Assembly: GCA_051294375.1 (NCBI GenBank)
Contig: CM119265.1
Span: 11,409,818-11,473,817 of the forward strand
From: Paraspadella gotoi
Lineage: Eukaryota > Animalia > Chaetognatha
DNA length: 64,000 nucleotides
Direction: 5' to 3'
The notes beneath the pieces were generated by a model that was given only the letters and a program-made list of their open reading frames with translations, was not told the DNA's origin and did no database searches. The position numbers and the translations under genes are program-made. Positions 61,790-64,000 of the stretch are shown one piece after another (position 1 is the first letter of the stretch; the number at the start of each line of letters is the position of its first letter).

Positions 61790-62745
61790 ATTTGATGGGT
61801 TTAGGCCTCCATCACTCTACAAGATAAATGATAGCAGGTCCCTACAAGTTCTTATCAAGACTCTCTCACAGTCTCGTTTATTCACTCCCAAAGTACCTGG
61901 CTTCCCGGGCCAGGACAAATTCTTTCTTAGAGACCAGCGCCTTCGACGTCTTGATGCCAGGGGTGAGACAGGTTGTGGATCGCGTTGAAAATTGTCCCGG
62001 CGCCATTGACGAGCACCAAAGGACGCGGCGTACGCCGGTTGCAACATCGCAAACATGCATTGCGACCGCCGTCCAGAGATGCTTATTTGCAATTGTTATT
62101 TAACCGAGTCAAGCAGAAAAAGCAGCGATTTTATTAAAATTTGAATCATTCAGTCCCAACGCTCCCCTCAGATCGCGTACAGTTTGAATGTCTAGTCTTC
62201 TCTCTCCTTTTCACTCCTCCTGCATATGTCATGTCCCCCCTCTCGAGCAATGCACTTCTCCTACCTCCTATACTTTTCGATGCTTTTTCGCTCGCGTGCG
62301 TTGCGCGGGCAGCTGTCCTAGCGTCGATTGTTATCAACGCCGTCTCTCGGTCCGGAGGAGGCGCTGAACGTCTGGATTCGTTCCTTCTGGTCGTTGGCGA
62401 GGGCGGCGAAATCGAGGCGTCCTGAGCCGACCACCGCCGCGACATCCTTCAAACGTTCATTTGCCTGAGATGTTGGACCCGGGAAAATCGCCGTCGTGTA
62501 TTCGGAAATGCGCCGCCAGAAGTTCCGTCATAAGGAGATAACGCTGCCTGTTCTTTCTTGCGGCGGCCTTGGAGAAAAAATGAGAGTGTACGCCAATGCC
62601 GCCGACGTTTTGCTCCAAAACGCCGGCCGATCGACATCAGAGCGATTGACTGTGGAGAGGCGTCGGCGCGGGAGGAGGAGCTTCTTTGCGCGGCGTCGAA
62701 AGCGACGGTCCGTTCCGTCGTCACTCCACTCCGATTCCTATAGAG
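61790..62745 (-). mobile_element. Ty3/Gypsy pol remnant (RT thumb, RNase H, integrase Zn-binding region), heavily frameshifted
   Basis: Fragments EWSD..VAFDAA, VLEQ, ISEYTT, LDFAALANDQ, CDVATG, IFNAIHNLSHP/GIKTSKALVS occur in the expected order. Confidence 0.7.
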
Positions 62746-63219
62746 CTTGTAAAGTTAAATGAAAGTAGTACTACAATTTTTTTAAAATTTGACAATAAAT
62801 TGGTTAAAAATAGAAAAAAACCTTAAACAATTATCATCATCATTGGCCTTAAATTTATGGTTTTTAAAAATTCTGCTTATCTAATTAAAACAAAGGGCCG
62901 AACGATTTGACTAATAACGCGTTTCGATAACGAAATCCTATTAAAAACAAGTTTGGACAATGTCGGATCTGCCCACGATCATTATCGGTAATTAATAATT
63001 AATAATAATTAAATAATTAATTAATTAATTAATTAAATTAATTAATTAATTATTTAATTTAATTAATTATTTAATTATATTTAATAATTTTTTTATGTAT
63101 TGATTATTGATTGATTAATTAATTAATTATTGATTAATTAATTGACATAATTATTTATTTATTAATACTCTGCATTATAATTTAATATAAAAGAAAAAGA
63201 AGCATAATCAATTAGTGAA

Positions 63220-63650
63220 ACAGGTTTTTTTGTTTTTTTCCATTTAAACTCATTTCCACTCAAAACGATTCCATGAAACTTTGTTTCCAGTAATCACACA
63301 CTTTTACCCAAATACAAAATTTCAAGTCAATCGCCCCATCCACTCATGATAATTGGTGTTCAAATAGTGAAATATATTTTTTTTTTTTTCCATTTAAACT
63401 CATTTCCACTCGACGATTCCATCGAAACTTCATATCAGCTCAATCACACACTTCCTACCCACACACAAAATTTCATTCATCATCCATCCAATCACGAGTA
63501 ATTGGTGTTTTTTGCTAAGGACGCACGGACGGACAAATTTTTTTTGCATAATTTTCATAATTCATGTTCTGACATGATTATAAGTATGCCCGACAAGATT
63601 GAGGGGGCGACGGGGGACCGACAAAGTGAATTATAGAGTCGGATCTGCCT
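63220..63650 (-). mobile_element. Helentron/DINE-1-like repeat copy
   Basis: ggacgcacggacggac tract plus two tandem units; homologous to 4080-4430. Confidence 0.5.
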
Positions 63651-64000
63651 GAAATTCGAAAATTCAAGATAATAATAAAAACATATCTTTAAATCTCCGT
63701 CGGCTTTATAATAAGATAAATTTCTAAAATGTATTTATTTTCATATTCTTTAAACAGTCACTTAACCATTATTTATTGAAGAAACTTCTAGTTTTTAACT
63801 GTTCCATCCAGCCGCCAAATCGGCAGTCGTGCCCTCGCGAAAACCGGCGTGGCCTTGAGTCGGGCATGTGATGAACCACGCCGCTGCCCCAGCCGCGGTG
63901 GAGAGAACTATGGGCTCATGAGTCCGGACAATCGTCAGTCGGGGCTCACCATTAAAGGGGGCCACTTTCTATTGTAAACCAAAGTTAATTATCTGGTAAT

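Overview
AT-rich, repeat-dense invertebrate (metazoan) genomic scaffold with four N-gaps and several stretches that look like uncorrected long-read sequence. Host genes: (1) a C2H2 zinc-finger/AT-hook gene (+, ~44-3654); (2) a small single-pass membrane protein gene (-, ~8851-9894); (3) a divergent Bak/Bax-like Bcl-2 family gene (-; exons 33874-33664, 19445-19215, 19124-18775; 263 aa); (4) the last two exons of a TTC17 orthologue (-, 35893-34653). Intron 1 of the Bcl-2 gene has grown from ~0.63 kb to ~14.2 kb. The cause is a hAT-like element (16-bp TIR, 8-bp TSD, 20033-33614) that contains two DIRS1-type tyrosine-recombinase retroelements, three nested copies of a 7-bp-TSD MITE, TTAA-targeting MITEs and a further TIR element. 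The most striking non-genic signal is a family of ~0.5-kb Penelope-like pseudo-LTR units. Each ends in a minimal hammerhead ribozyme (CUGANGA-stemII-GAAA-CAUG-UC) followed by AATAAA, and they occur beside a GIY-YIG remnant, as solo insertions and as fold-back inverted pairs. 38868-47537 is an indel-ridden duplicate of 31702-38293 and is probably an assembly artefact or second haplotype. All calls come from reading the sequence by eye; no searches were run.
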